From Methanobacteriota archaeon (lineage in GTDB: Archaea > Thermoplasmatota > Poseidoniia > Poseidoniales > Poseidoniaceae), in NCBI GenBank assembly GCA_018650165.1, contig JABIGM010000037.1, positions 1-62,800 of the forward strand: 62,800 nucleotides of DNA, given 5' to 3'. Positions 47,101 to 55,707 of this stretch are shown piece by piece (within the stretch, counting starts at the first letter, position 1; the number at the start of each line of letters is the position of its first letter). Position numbers and translations under genes: made by a program. The notes under the pieces were generated by a model. The model had not been told where the DNA came from, made no database searches, and saw nothing but the letters and a program-made list of their open reading frames with translations.

Positions 47101-49129
47101 CGCTGAATCTCTCTAATACTACGATTCCTGAACTTTGTGAATTAATTTCAATTGGGATAGTCACTATTCCAGCGCCGGAATCCGGAATTAAATCATTGAA
47201 TGCTTTTACGAAGACTGAGCCACCACGGGTTGTTGTTCCAAGAAGAACACCTTGGCTAACCCATTCATTACTTCCATCTCCTCCTACATCGATACCGACT
47301 TGTTCAGGTGCATTCGAATGCAGGGCTATATTCAAATCATCTAAAGTTGGAGTTGCTGAACCAGTTGATGTGAATCGGACATAAATGTAGATGTATCCAC
47401 TAGTCATTGTTACAGTCTTAGAATCGCCACTGTATTGGAAAATCTTTGTTGAAGTATCTTGGAATTCAACTTGCAAACCTGTACCTGCAGGGGTTGATGC
47501 ATTCCACCATGCTGTAATCGCAACAGGGGCGTTTCCTGAATAATAATTAGAACGTATCTGGAAATATCCACTAGTTTGGAAACTTGTAGAATAGGTTAAT
47601 GAAACGAAATCCAAAACCGGAGTTTCGGTAGATGTTCCGTTGAGATATACTTTCCAAACAATACTAGACCCCGGATTGATAAATGTTAATTTTTGATCGA
47701 AAATACCACTTAGCCATGTCGTTCCACCATCATTTGAAACTTCTAATTCGAGACTTGTATTAGCAGGAACATATCCAACAAGAGCCGATACTGTGATTTC
47801 GGTAACTTGTTTTGTTAATGAAGTGGTTGTACTTGTTACAACAGAAGATGTTGAAGTTGGAGTTCTGTAATCATAAATTGCTCCGATACCTTCCCGTTGA
47901 ATTTTGTTTAACTGTAATGAAGAACAATACTGATAGAAATGGCAATGGAAACCGAATGTATTGTCGCCCAGTTGATCCATTCCATAATGCCCACCGCCAT
48001 TGAGTTCCACCTTACCTGTTCTCTCGACAAAGAAACCATCCATCGTGAAATAGTTGTGATATCCTCTAGAGCTGTAATACTCGTTTGTTGTAATCTTGGG
48101 GAGATCTACGATTAGGCCGCTCGCTTGCGTATTTACATCACCTAATTGCTCTTCGGAGCCCAACAGCCAACTACCATTTATTGAAGTTGGATTGGATGGA
48201 TTAACTTCGTACAGATACCTGTTGTAGTTAGGGTGTGAAGATTCAAACATCAGTAAGAACATACGACCGGTGTCCTCATCGATATCTACCCCCACTGGAT
48301 AGTAATTGCCAGTGTATGCATATGTATTTTGACAGGTCCAAGAACCTGAAGATGAAATTGTCCACTTTACTAGAATTCGATAACTGTATGATACGGTCCA
48401 AACATTGCCATTGCCATCACTTGTAGCATCATATGTGCTGTAAAGTGGTTGCGTATAAGAACAGGAACCTGAACTTACAACTGAATTACCGATATAGCTA
48501 CCAGTAGACATATTGTAACGCTTCATTACAGGGGTCGTATACAATGAAGACCCTGTGTAAGTCGCAGAATGGTATTCGTCACCATGAATGATAACAAATC
48601 CTCTGTAGTTTGAGTTACCCGATGATGAGGTGCCTAGGCTCACAGGGCTTAATTTGCTTGTAGCACCAATAAATCCTAAATCTCCATTTGCAGCAAACCC
48701 GCCAGTATTATTGATTACACCGGTTGATGTTCCATCAGCCGAGCGATCTAATCCGTTTACATTGTTAGTAGGGTTGCCAAGTAACTTAACTTGATTATTA
48801 CCAACCTCTAGATTATTTCTATTTCCATAAGCAAATCCCGGAGGGAGTCCTTGCCATGTGCCACTTCCAGTTCCACCAAAGTCTGAATCATTTGTTAGGT
48901 TACCCCAGGTTGTAGATGAGGGCTTTCCTGCGATATCGAATGTTGCTGAGGACACTTCTGCACCATAGGGGAATGATAAGTTACCAGCGAACCCATTGCC
49001 TGTACCCGAAAATGTATGGGTATAGGACGTTGAACCGTCTTGAAATTGAGTTTCAGTAACGTCTGCCAAGGCCATTGGAGACATCATTGATAGCACGAAT
49101 ATTGCGCTTAAAAATAGAGACTTTCGCAT
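44120..49129 (-). CDS. Giant (~1670 aa) secreted, C-terminally anchored surface protein (propeller-like region, Ig-like domains, CARDB, TM, poly-acidic tail)
   Basis: Signal peptide MRKSLFLSAIFVLSMMSPMALA; CARDB motif IRVVVDPDDVIIEVNDEDN; TM LIWLFSILSVIVLVGIGI; tail DEWEEEDDDEDWDEDDDDDDYDDDD. Confidence 0.8.
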   Translation of the reverse strand: MRKSLFLSAIFVLSMMSPMALADVTETQFQDGSTSYTHTFSGTGNGFAGNLSFPYGAEVSSATFDIAGKPSSTTWGNLTNDSDFGGTGSGTWQGLPPGFAYGNRNNLEVGNNQVKLLGNPTNNVNGLDRSADGTSTGVINNTGGFAANGDLGFIGATSKLSPVSLGTSSSGNSNYRGFVIIHGDEYHSATYTGSSLYTTPVMKRYNMSTGSYIGNSVVSSGSCSYTQPLYSTYDATSDGNGNVWTVSYSYRILVKWTISSSGSWTCQNTYAYTGNYYPVGVDIDEDTGRMFLLMFESSHPNYNRYLYEVNPSNPTSINGSWLLGSEEQLGDVNTQASGLIVDLPKITTNEYYSSRGYHNYFTMDGFFVERTGKVELNGGGHYGMDQLGDNTFGFHCHFYQYCSSLQLNKIQREGIGAIYDYRTPTSTSSVVTSTTTSLTKQVTEITVSALVGYVPANTSLELEVSNDGGTTWLSGIFDQKLTFINPGSSIVWKVYLNGTSTETPVLDFVSLTYSTSFQTSGYFQIRSNYYSGNAPVAITAWWNASTPAGTGLQVEFQDTSTKIFQYSGDSKTVTMTSGYIYIYVRFTSTGSATPTLDDLNIALHSNAPEQVGIDVGGDGSNEWVSQGVLLGTTTRGGSVFVKAFNDLIPDSGAGIVTIPIEINSQSSGIVVLERFSVTYSINTVNLDISIPEGEILHERNEPYEVVTRHIVGDGTNNYIQSASLSFMASPSSSAPTLEWQDGDIFPSPNDPDDWVDIDSSSWSSLSNGILEIHWLFHITSNFPDQNNVRFSTNCLDTSGTNGFQPSPLASVNGLRVNNSFGLGWLNIRDNDGESTSTDVEDGSWVAAGETLHFQGAMWFADSTDAPKDSAFDVRISQNGFVNANWRDTSNINGSFFISIVMPDIDVESGLSYEIQTYNERDATMVLASNSDWFRTYKVDATPPEALETYPLDDAYEAADESQKISVKVADAVGDPTELKLFYWVEADHDINRNGEADASEYATKIVVNETEADTKTFTTTIDHSRNPNMGRVSYYWDGGDRAGNPLHHTTIIDEESYSWETGPGFDTDDATFRSRKDSSAIFTGLEWFGHNDGAPVFAGTEQTISIGLIDANTAIDFEYIDLVFDFEGPDSEVDQQIISYYGVNDIFASNSDVIDLATSSSMIQTTNDSGMPWILIDYQFTISWDWPDEDISDLSLVYKERGEEYPTRHIIAEHTFVVENDLVLDAGSFQVNDISEPRTGIVADGSRVRNDDRLEFTGKVVYEGSNVPAPKDAAIVIEVFDGESIWSDGSLGDDGSYSVEVPLSHAQTLQSSPTRTCLISIDGIPGKGEDMTGQTVSTTLRVVVDDTAPRVVSRTAPLNTIDISALTDLTNVPVEFHGTEDADMTGSEQIVHWVMRDSSRTLTMGAGKAKLGMQQEGQSVIWTGTVDLTDGGIINLREGDWVGFYLTGYDSAGNEFPVVSNSEASPIAEVAADDTDFERQWVRLGAIGPQLKISSISVSDDHVAPGQEIEITADIQNVGGETNSYFTVSFYAGDSITPFDTATLNKIGAGELIPVSTTWSAEEGVDRIRVVVDPDDVIIEVNDEDNSAEHKIEIVYVSYMGWFDSIREQPLIWLFSILSVIVLVGIGITANRTAITHSEGSLYDDEWEEEDDDEDWDEDDDDDDYDDDD

Positions 49130-49208
49130 GTCTTGGTCACCTCGGGCCACTATGGGCCTTTGGCCCACGTGAGTTCTTTACATTTGAACCATGCTCCGTT
49201 AAGTCACT

Positions 49209-49221
49209 TTTAAAAAAGCAA
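49209..49221 (+). promoter_or_regulatory. TATA-like element
   Basis: TTTAAAAAAGCAA, identical 13-mer to 4380-4392, about 45 nt before the next ATG. Confidence 0.45.
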
Positions 49222-49264
49222 ACATCGAATAACAAGGCCGGTATTCGCTAACTGAGTGAGACGC

Positions 49265-49636
49265 ATGGGCTGGTGGGATAATCAACATGGAAACCAACTT
49301 AAAATTTCAGGCATTGCAACATTTGTATCTTCATCGCTAACAGTGATGTCTGCAATGCAATTAATGTTTTTACAAGACAAATCTGATTTCCAAGAATACA
49401 CGCCTGCTTCAATTGTATTGATTGTGATTGGAGTCATTGGTTTAGCCGTTTCAGCACCAGCATTTCTCAATCTCAATGCACGAGCAAAATCACTAGGAGC
49501 AATAATGTCATTGAAATCTACTTCTGAACTTCGCAAACAAAAAGCAAACGGCGATGAAGCGGCCCGCATACTAGGTGGACGCTACGAAGAGTCGTGGAAT
49601 TCCTTCCTTCAAGAGAAGGGATTGAAGAAGCGCTGA
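49265..49636 (+). CDS. Small two-TM membrane protein (DUF3198-like)
   Basis: Two hydrophobic helices, then STSELRKQ...AARILGGRYEE; family recalled from memory, unverified. Confidence 0.5.
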   Translation: MGWWDNQHGNQLKISGIATFVSSSLTVMSAMQLMFLQDKSDFQEYTPASIVLIVIGVIGLAVSAPAFLNLNARAKSLGAIMSLKSTSELRKQKANGDEAARILGGRYEESWNSFLQEKGLKKR

Positions 49637-49652
49637 CTACTGGGTCGTACAG

Positions 49653-50636
49653 ATGGGCGAATCCGATCCGTTGCGCACACTCCTTCGCGAGATTGCTCTA
49701 GCAGCAGGTATGATTTCTCTCTTAGTTCTAGCAATGTGGGCACACACAGGCTCAATGCCCCCTTTGGTCGTAGTAGAATCAAACTCAATGCAACATGACT
49801 CCGATGGTGAAGTCGGCACTATCGATGCGGGTGATCTAGTTCTTGTTCACTCACCCGATAAGAAAAACATCATTACCTTTGCAGAGGCTACTGATTCTAA
49901 TTCTGTAAATTATGGATATGAATCATTAGGTATGGAAGGAGACGTCATTATCTACAAAAGAAATGGAGAAAGTGAAAGTACTCCTATCATTCATCGCGCA
50001 CTATTCAAAATAAATGTTGGAGAAAGTCTTGCACCAAATGAGCAAGGCGAATGTTCTGAAGGCGGTATATTTTGGAATGATGTTTGCGTGATTTCTTGGT
50101 CTGTTCCTGGTTCTGATCAATTAAATGTAGAAAAAATCAATTTGGTTTTTGATGGTGAAACTTTAGGTAAATATCCCTGCAGTGGAGTTGCTGCCCAACA
50201 TGGCTCGGTTTGGTTTAGTGTTGAAAATTATACTCCTGCCAATCCAGGTTTCATCACGCTTGGCGATAACAACAATTGCAATGATGACCAAGGAGTGTTT
50301 GAATTCGCCCAAGGTCTTACATCGATTCATAGCGGCATGATAAAACCGGTTCAAGATGACTGGGTAATCGGTATATCTGGGGCAGAAATTCCTTGGCTAG
50401 GAACTGTGAAATTGATGGTCAGTGGAGGAGATTCTCCCGGCGTTAGTCAAGTTCCAGGATTATCTTTTGTTTATCTTATTGCAGTGATTGGAGTGGTGCT
50501 TCTCATCCCAATGCTAATTCAACCAGTAATCAACAAACTATTACGCAATTCGCCAGAAATGATCGAAGCAGAACGTGAAAATGCAATCGCTAAAATATAT
50601 TCACCAAGTGAACCAGATTTGCGCGAAGAAGAATAA
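49653..50636 (+). CDS. Signal peptidase I, Sec11/S26B-type, with insertions
   Basis: N-terminal TM, VVVESNSMQH (Ser), GDVIIY, IIHRAL (His), TLGDNN..ND, IPWLG, C-terminal TM. Confidence 0.88.
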   Translation: MGESDPLRTLLREIALAAGMISLLVLAMWAHTGSMPPLVVVESNSMQHDSDGEVGTIDAGDLVLVHSPDKKNIITFAEATDSNSVNYGYESLGMEGDVIIYKRNGESESTPIIHRALFKINVGESLAPNEQGECSEGGIFWNDVCVISWSVPGSDQLNVEKINLVFDGETLGKYPCSGVAAQHGSVWFSVENYTPANPGFITLGDNNNCNDDQGVFEFAQGLTSIHSGMIKPVQDDWVIGISGAEIPWLGTVKLMVSGGDSPGVSQVPGLSFVYLIAVIGVVLLIPMLIQPVINKLLRNSPEMIEAERENAIAKIYSPSEPDLREEE

Positions 50637-51161
50637 TCATACTCGTTTACCAGATAAACGGTCATCGGCACTTGTTAAGCGGTTTTCAGTAGTGGTCATT
50701 TCATCTCTGATTGATGTAAGATTAGCTTGGTCGAGTATTCTGGAAACCATATCTCGCTTTCGCATCAAATCAGAAATTCGGCGCTGCCTACCCCTTGGCT
50801 TGTTTGCATCGCCTCGCATATCCATTAGCCATTCTTCCAATAACGCCCCAGCCCATTCTGCAGCCCTTACCCTTGCAGCCAGCATTATTTCGTTTGAGCG
50901 GTGTCTAAACCGCACTAGCCCGTCAGGCATTCTTCGGGTTTGAATTGAACCAGGTTGCCAGTTTACAAGATTTATTACTAGAGATGATTCCTCAACAATC
51001 AGCCCTTCTTCCCATGACAAATCAGAAACTACAACCTTATCTGAAAGACGGATGAGGACTTGGACGATTTCATCTTCATCGGCCCATATTGAAAGGTCGG
51101 TTGGGGCCTCTCCAAACGCCCCCTCTATCCAAACGCGGACTTCGCGATTAGTGTCGTCCAT
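50637..51161 (-). CDS. Hypothetical protein with C-terminal helical/coiled region
   Basis: Open frame filling the gap between S26 and S2P; start MDDTNREV chosen to avoid overlap with S2P. Confidence 0.6.
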   Translation of the reverse strand: MDDTNREVRVWIEGAFGEAPTDLSIWADEDEIVQVLIRLSDKVVVSDLSWEEGLIVEESSLVINLVNWQPGSIQTRRMPDGLVRFRHRSNEIMLAARVRAAEWAGALLEEWLMDMRGDANKPRGRQRRISDLMRKRDMVSRILDQANLTSIRDEMTTTENRLTSADDRLSGKRV

Positions 51162-51234
51162 AGCAGTGCCAAGCAGAGGTACCTCAAGAACTGCACGACA
51201 TGAGGTTGAAGTGTAATCGTGTCTCCGCCAGTAC

Positions 51235-52704
51235 ATGGGAAGCGGCTTTCTTGCTATTGAGGCAGATTGGACCCTCTTCCTGTTTCTAGCCATAGCATGG
51301 TATATTCTTCTCAGGTATTGGGAAAATAGTGGTAAATTAGACGAATGGAATGCATCCCGGGTATTATTTGGCCTCGTACTAATGCTACGGACACCAAAGG
51401 GCAAGAAGATATTAGACAAAATTTCGAAGCCAAGACGGTTTTGGAGAGCCTATGGTGAAGTTTCCCTTTGGGTTTGCTGGTTCGTAATGTTCTTTGTGGC
51501 GTTATCATTGATTGGAATTATCATTTCATCGTTTATGGTCGGTCTTAATCCAGACCCTCCGCCCCCTTCAGAGTTGGTTGCAATTCCGGGAATTAGCCCG
51601 ATGATTCCACTTGGATGGGGTGTGTTATCCCTAGTTATATGCCTGGTAATTCATGAATTTGGACATGGGATCCAAGCTAGAGCGCATGGTATGAGAATTC
51701 GTAACTTTGGCCTCCTGATGATTGGTCCAGTCCCAGCGGGAGCGTTTGCTGAACCGGAATATTCTGAAATCAGTAATTCTCCACGGAGGGAGCGCCAACG
51801 AATGTTTGCAGCCGGTCCAGCTACTAACTTATTTGCAGCCTTCTTTTTGATGATTGTATTGGGACAGGTTGCTGGTCAATTTGTGGCAGCAGATTCTGGA
51901 GTTCATTCAAGTCAAATCATCAAAGATTCTGCGGCAGACGAATCCGGATTACAAGCATGGGATACAATTATTGCAATAAATAATAGCGAAATTATTGATA
52001 CTGAAGATTTTGTGAAAGTTATGGATGACATTTCTGCAGGGCAAAATGTATCGATTGAAGTAATCAGGTTTGAAAGTGGAATCCAAGAGAACTTGACGGT
52101 GAAGATGACTGACAAGCATACCTACTTTTTAGAGTCTGGTTATGATAATGAAACTCTTGCTGCATTAGGTATTGAGAAAGGAGATGCCTTTCTCGGGGTT
52201 CAAAATCTAGATGATGGGACCGCGGGCGTTGACCGATTATCAGGCTGGGCTCATCCTGATTTTGAAGCAAGTCCTCTTGGATATTTAATCGGGTTCGTAG
52301 CAAATGTTGGAACTATCTTAATCACTCCATTTGAGAACCAAGGTGTAGCAATACATTCTGCGCAAGAAGATATGCTTGCTGCAGGAGATGGTTGGCTTGC
52401 TTCTTTGGTTGGATTAGATGGATTGCTATTTTTAGTCAATCTAATGTTCTGGCTAATTTGGGTAAATATTCTGCTTGGATTTACTAATTTATTCCCACTC
52501 GTTCCTTTTGATGGCGGACATTTGTTCCGAGATGTGGTTCATGGAACTATGTCTGGAATTCGAAAATTGGGAAAGAAAACAGGGCTGTATAATTTACATC
52601 CGCTTTGGGTTGAGCACGTGACTAGAAAGGCTTCTTCGATATCTTCTCTCATACTATTTTTTGCTCTTGGAGTAATTATCGTCGGCCCTTATATTATTGG
52701 ATAA
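51235..52704 (+). CDS. Site-2 protease (M50) with PDZ domain
   Basis: IHEFGH, GAFAEP, AAGPATN, PDZ segment AADESGLQAWDTIIAIN, NLFPLVPFDGGH. Confidence 0.95.
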   Translation: MGSGFLAIEADWTLFLFLAIAWYILLRYWENSGKLDEWNASRVLFGLVLMLRTPKGKKILDKISKPRRFWRAYGEVSLWVCWFVMFFVALSLIGIIISSFMVGLNPDPPPPSELVAIPGISPMIPLGWGVLSLVICLVIHEFGHGIQARAHGMRIRNFGLLMIGPVPAGAFAEPEYSEISNSPRRERQRMFAAGPATNLFAAFFLMIVLGQVAGQFVAADSGVHSSQIIKDSAADESGLQAWDTIIAINNSEIIDTEDFVKVMDDISAGQNVSIEVIRFESGIQENLTVKMTDKHTYFLESGYDNETLAALGIEKGDAFLGVQNLDDGTAGVDRLSGWAHPDFEASPLGYLIGFVANVGTILITPFENQGVAIHSAQEDMLAAGDGWLASLVGLDGLLFLVNLMFWLIWVNILLGFTNLFPLVPFDGGHLFRDVVHGTMSGIRKLGKKTGLYNLHPLWVEHVTRKASSISSLILFFALGVIIVGPYIIG

Positions 52705-53317
52705 TATCTGTTATTCGCATTTGTGAGGACTCGTTTTCAGTTACATCTTCGCTAACGTCAATTTTGCTAATTCGTTTATCTAGTGATTCAAGTGTTTCAT
52801 TTGTAGATTTTCTACAGACCAAAGATACGAATAAGTGGAGTGGCATCCCCTGCTCCCAATCGAGAAATGGCTTACCATTTCGGGTAAGTGGTAAGGCTGG
52901 AATCCTTCGAGTTAGCATTCCTAGGCGCCCACTTAAGCGGCCAACATCGACACGGAATATTCGCCAGGAATCACCTCTGACTCCCTTGAGTCTGTATGCA
53001 TATAAAGGCATTAAATCACATCTCTTACCCTCATGAATCATCGCTAGATATTGATCCCATGTACGTCCAGAGAGGTACAGTTTCGGCTTTTTAGAAGACT
53101 TTACTTCAATTGGAAAACATAAATCCCCTCGAAGTGCCAACAAATCTCCACTTCCCTCCATCCCAGAACCTGCTGCCCTAACTACCAAAAATGGGCGTTC
53201 GAGAACTTGTTGTGCTCTTGCTTTAGCAATAGGGTCACAAGATCTAGTTACGGCATCCACTCCTTTAGGAACTCCAGCTAAAACAGCACGGAGTTCTCTT
53301 TCATATTGGCTTGACAC
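52694..53317 (-). CDS. hjc: Hjc-type Holliday junction resolvase (PD-(D/E)xK)
   Basis: YERELR, VVRAAGSG, DLLAL, IEVKS. Confidence 0.85.
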   Translation of the reverse strand: MSSQYERELRAVLAGVPKGVDAVTRSCDPIAKARAQQVLERPFLVVRAAGSGMEGSGDLLALRGDLCFPIEVKSSKKPKLYLSGRTWDQYLAMIHEGKRCDLMPLYAYRLKGVRGDSWRIFRVDVGRLSGRLGMLTRRIPALPLTRNGKPFLDWEQGMPLHLFVSLVCRKSTNETLESLDKRISKIDVSEDVTENESSQMRITDIIQ

Positions 53318-53399
53318 AATAGTGAATCGTTGTCAAGTGCTTTTGATGATATCGCTGATTACGCGTCAGGTTGAAGCGTGATTAGGCCTAGGGCGGCAT

Positions 53400-54116
53400 G
53401 TGCGCCGAATCGCAGTTAGGACCGCGGATTTCCGCCTATCTTTCCATTTAATGCGCGAATTGAAACGGCGCAAATGCAAATTTGTTATGCTTTCTTCTGA
53501 AGATACATGGGACGGTGTTTTACTCACATCGCCTGAAGAAGTAAAAGGAGGAGAAATTCCCGCTATGGAAGAGAATCTTGAGCTCGCTGTTGAAAGAGCG
53601 ATTCAAGCATCTCGTGGATTAGATACTGCGGTGCAACTAGTATTCGGGATTGACCCTGGACCTCGCCCTGGGCTTGCTTGGCTTGCCGATGGCGTAGTGG
53701 TTGGAAGTGCGCAACTAGAGGAAATAGAGAGTGTTACAGACCATGTCATTGCATTATCTTCAGCGGTTAGGCACAAGAAAATGAGCGTCAAAGTTGGAGA
53801 TGGCGCTCCACTGATTAGAGATCGAATAATCAATCAATTAGTACTGAGTGGTATTGAGACATTACAAGTTAGTGAATTTCGAACAAGTTCGGGCTCTCGC
53901 TCCAAAGCTCACATGCATGCAGCAACCCGTATCGCTTTGATGAGCGGTACAAAAATTTACCAAATTAGAAAACTCAACCCTACCGATGGAGATTTGAGAG
54001 AAATCCAACGACAATCTCGAATTCATAGTGAAGGTTACTTGACCATCTCAACCGAACTAGCAAGAATGGTGGCTTGTGGTGAAATTACAATGATTGAAGC
54101 GATTAAGAGAGCCTGA
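53400..54116 (+). CDS. RNase H-fold (YqgF/RuvC-like) protein with N- and C-terminal extra domains
   Basis: VFGIDPGPRPGLAWL, VKVGDG, VSEFRTS, HAATRIAL. Confidence 0.7.
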   Translation: MRRIAVRTADFRLSFHLMRELKRRKCKFVMLSSEDTWDGVLLTSPEEVKGGEIPAMEENLELAVERAIQASRGLDTAVQLVFGIDPGPRPGLAWLADGVVVGSAQLEEIESVTDHVIALSSAVRHKKMSVKVGDGAPLIRDRIINQLVLSGIETLQVSEFRTSSGSRSKAHMHAATRIALMSGTKIYQIRKLNPTDGDLREIQRQSRIHSEGYLTISTELARMVACGEITMIEAIKRA

Positions 54117-54951
54117 CCCTGTATCTGTCACGGCCCTTGGAGTACACTGTGATTATTCCGCTTGAAGAAACACAAATTGCAACGGAGTCAGCCAACTGGC
54201 TAATAGCACGGGCTGCGAGGTGTCTGCCTCCCTCCCCTGATTTTGGACTGATTCCTGAGGGGACTTGCACATATCGACCAGCATCACTTGCGATGCCTTT
54301 AGAGTTGAATAATATCGCTCCGTCCAACCAAGCAAATTCCGCAAGAGTTTCGTGATTATTAGATTCTAATACGCTCTTTTTAGAATCAGAGTGGCCTTTG
54401 AATGGATTCAAAACTAAAGCGGTTGTATATCGGCGTAGTTTGGGAACAGAACCTATTGCAAATAATGCACCAACGGCATGGCCTTCGCGCCCCCGCCCTC
54501 CAATTTGGCGTGCTAATTCCATTAATCGTGCAAGGATTTCAATATCGATATCATGCTCTTGTGCAATAATTGCAAGACGATTTGAAGTCAAATTATTTGT
54601 TTCAATAACAATGACTCCGTTCATAGGCTCCCCAAGGATTGCAAGAATCCGATCGTTCGATTTGAATTTGCCTTCTCCTAATCCTTGCAGAATAATGTCG
54701 TGAAGGCTATTGAGTACAGATAGTCCTTGGGCGGATAATGAATCTTCAAGAGTTTCGACTTCAATTCCAGTCCCTTTCAGGTTTTCAGATACTTTTGCAG
54801 AAGAAGTTAGGGCAACTACTCTCAATTTAGAGGGCAATACTTCTCTCACTTGTCGGACTATTCTAGAATTGTTGGATAGTATTACTGCGGCAGAAAATCC
54901 TGAACGCTCATTGTCAATAGCTGAAGCCACCAATTTTGGCAGATCGACCAT
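54103..54951 (-). CDS. dacZ: Diadenylate cyclase, DacZ-type (pyruvate-kinase-C-like domain + DAC)
   Basis: REGHAVGALFAIG, LNPFKG, LDGA, GGRHLAARAIS, CVSSSG; start may be 54981. Confidence 0.88.
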   Translation of the reverse strand: MVDLPKLVASAIDNERSGFSAAVILSNNSRIVRQVREVLPSKLRVVALTSSAKVSENLKGTGIEVETLEDSLSAQGLSVLNSLHDIILQGLGEGKFKSNDRILAILGEPMNGVIVIETNNLTSNRLAIIAQEHDIDIEILARLMELARQIGGRGREGHAVGALFAIGSVPKLRRYTTALVLNPFKGHSDSKKSVLESNNHETLAEFAWLDGAILFNSKGIASDAGRYVQVPSGISPKSGEGGRHLAARAISQLADSVAICVSSSGIITVYSKGRDRYRVRLS

Positions 54952-54961
54952 ATGCCAAACC

Positions 54962-55588
54962 TCATTCCATTGTTGTATCAATTCCAGGGAGTTGATCTTC
55001 AGACTCCCTGTAAACTGTTCTCATATTGTTGATGAAATTCCTTTGCTTCACAATCATATTGTATTCTTTGATTCCAGGGTCTTCTTCTCCATCAAGAACT
55101 CCTAAAATACACTCAAGGGACAAACGTGCACCTTCACGGTGAGGGTATGCAAAGACGCCCATGGATAAAGGAGGTGCAATCACTGTTTTCACATCTTTCA
55201 TTTCTTTGATGGCCGCAAATAGATTTGCATATGTTTCAGGAAGGAGTTGTCTACGTGCTTCATCTTGATTTGGCCTACGACAATCTGGACTTACAACATG
55301 TATAATGTGCTTATACCGATTCTCTAAATTGTAAGGTTTGCTCAATACATTAGTTGTAACCGGACAAGGTGGAAGATTGAATTTCCTTTGCTCTACACTG
55401 ACTTCACGACAGAATTCTCGTAATTCTTCGCCAGCAGCATTGTGAATTTGTGCATCGAGGCCTTCGCGCCCCGAAAGGCGGTTATTCGCAGGGGTTACTA
55501 AGAGGTCGCCCTCTTGTAAATGGAGTTCCCCTCCTATCACCCGAAGTACACCCCATCGGCAGGTTCGCGCCATATACAATTCGACCAT
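54962..55588 (-). CDS. Macrodomain protein with atypical loops
   Basis: DLLVTPANNRL...IHNAAG, IIHVVSP, PPLSMGVFAYP; TATA-like GTATAT about 30 nt upstream. Confidence 0.8.
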   Translation of the reverse strand: MVELYMARTCRWGVLRVIGGELHLQEGDLLVTPANNRLSGREGLDAQIHNAAGEELREFCREVSVEQRKFNLPPCPVTTNVLSKPYNLENRYKHIIHVVSPDCRRPNQDEARRQLLPETYANLFAAIKEMKDVKTVIAPPLSMGVFAYPHREGARLSLECILGVLDGEEDPGIKEYNMIVKQRNFINNMRTVYRESEDQLPGIDTTME

Positions 55589-55707
55589 GGTTTGGACGAG
55601 GGGGGGCCGACCTTCATATACACATTGACGAAAACAGCAAAATTCGCTTTTTTCCCCGAGGTCAGTCAAGCGAAGTGACTTAGTGTAATAATCCCGCCCA
55701 ATGTACT

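Noticed and set aside
51234-51237. CATG could supply both the S2P ATG and a head-to-head ATG for the minus-strand gene (ORF called to 51419)
   Set aside because: A downstream ATG at 51161 leaves a normal 73-bp divergent gap; nothing supports the longer start
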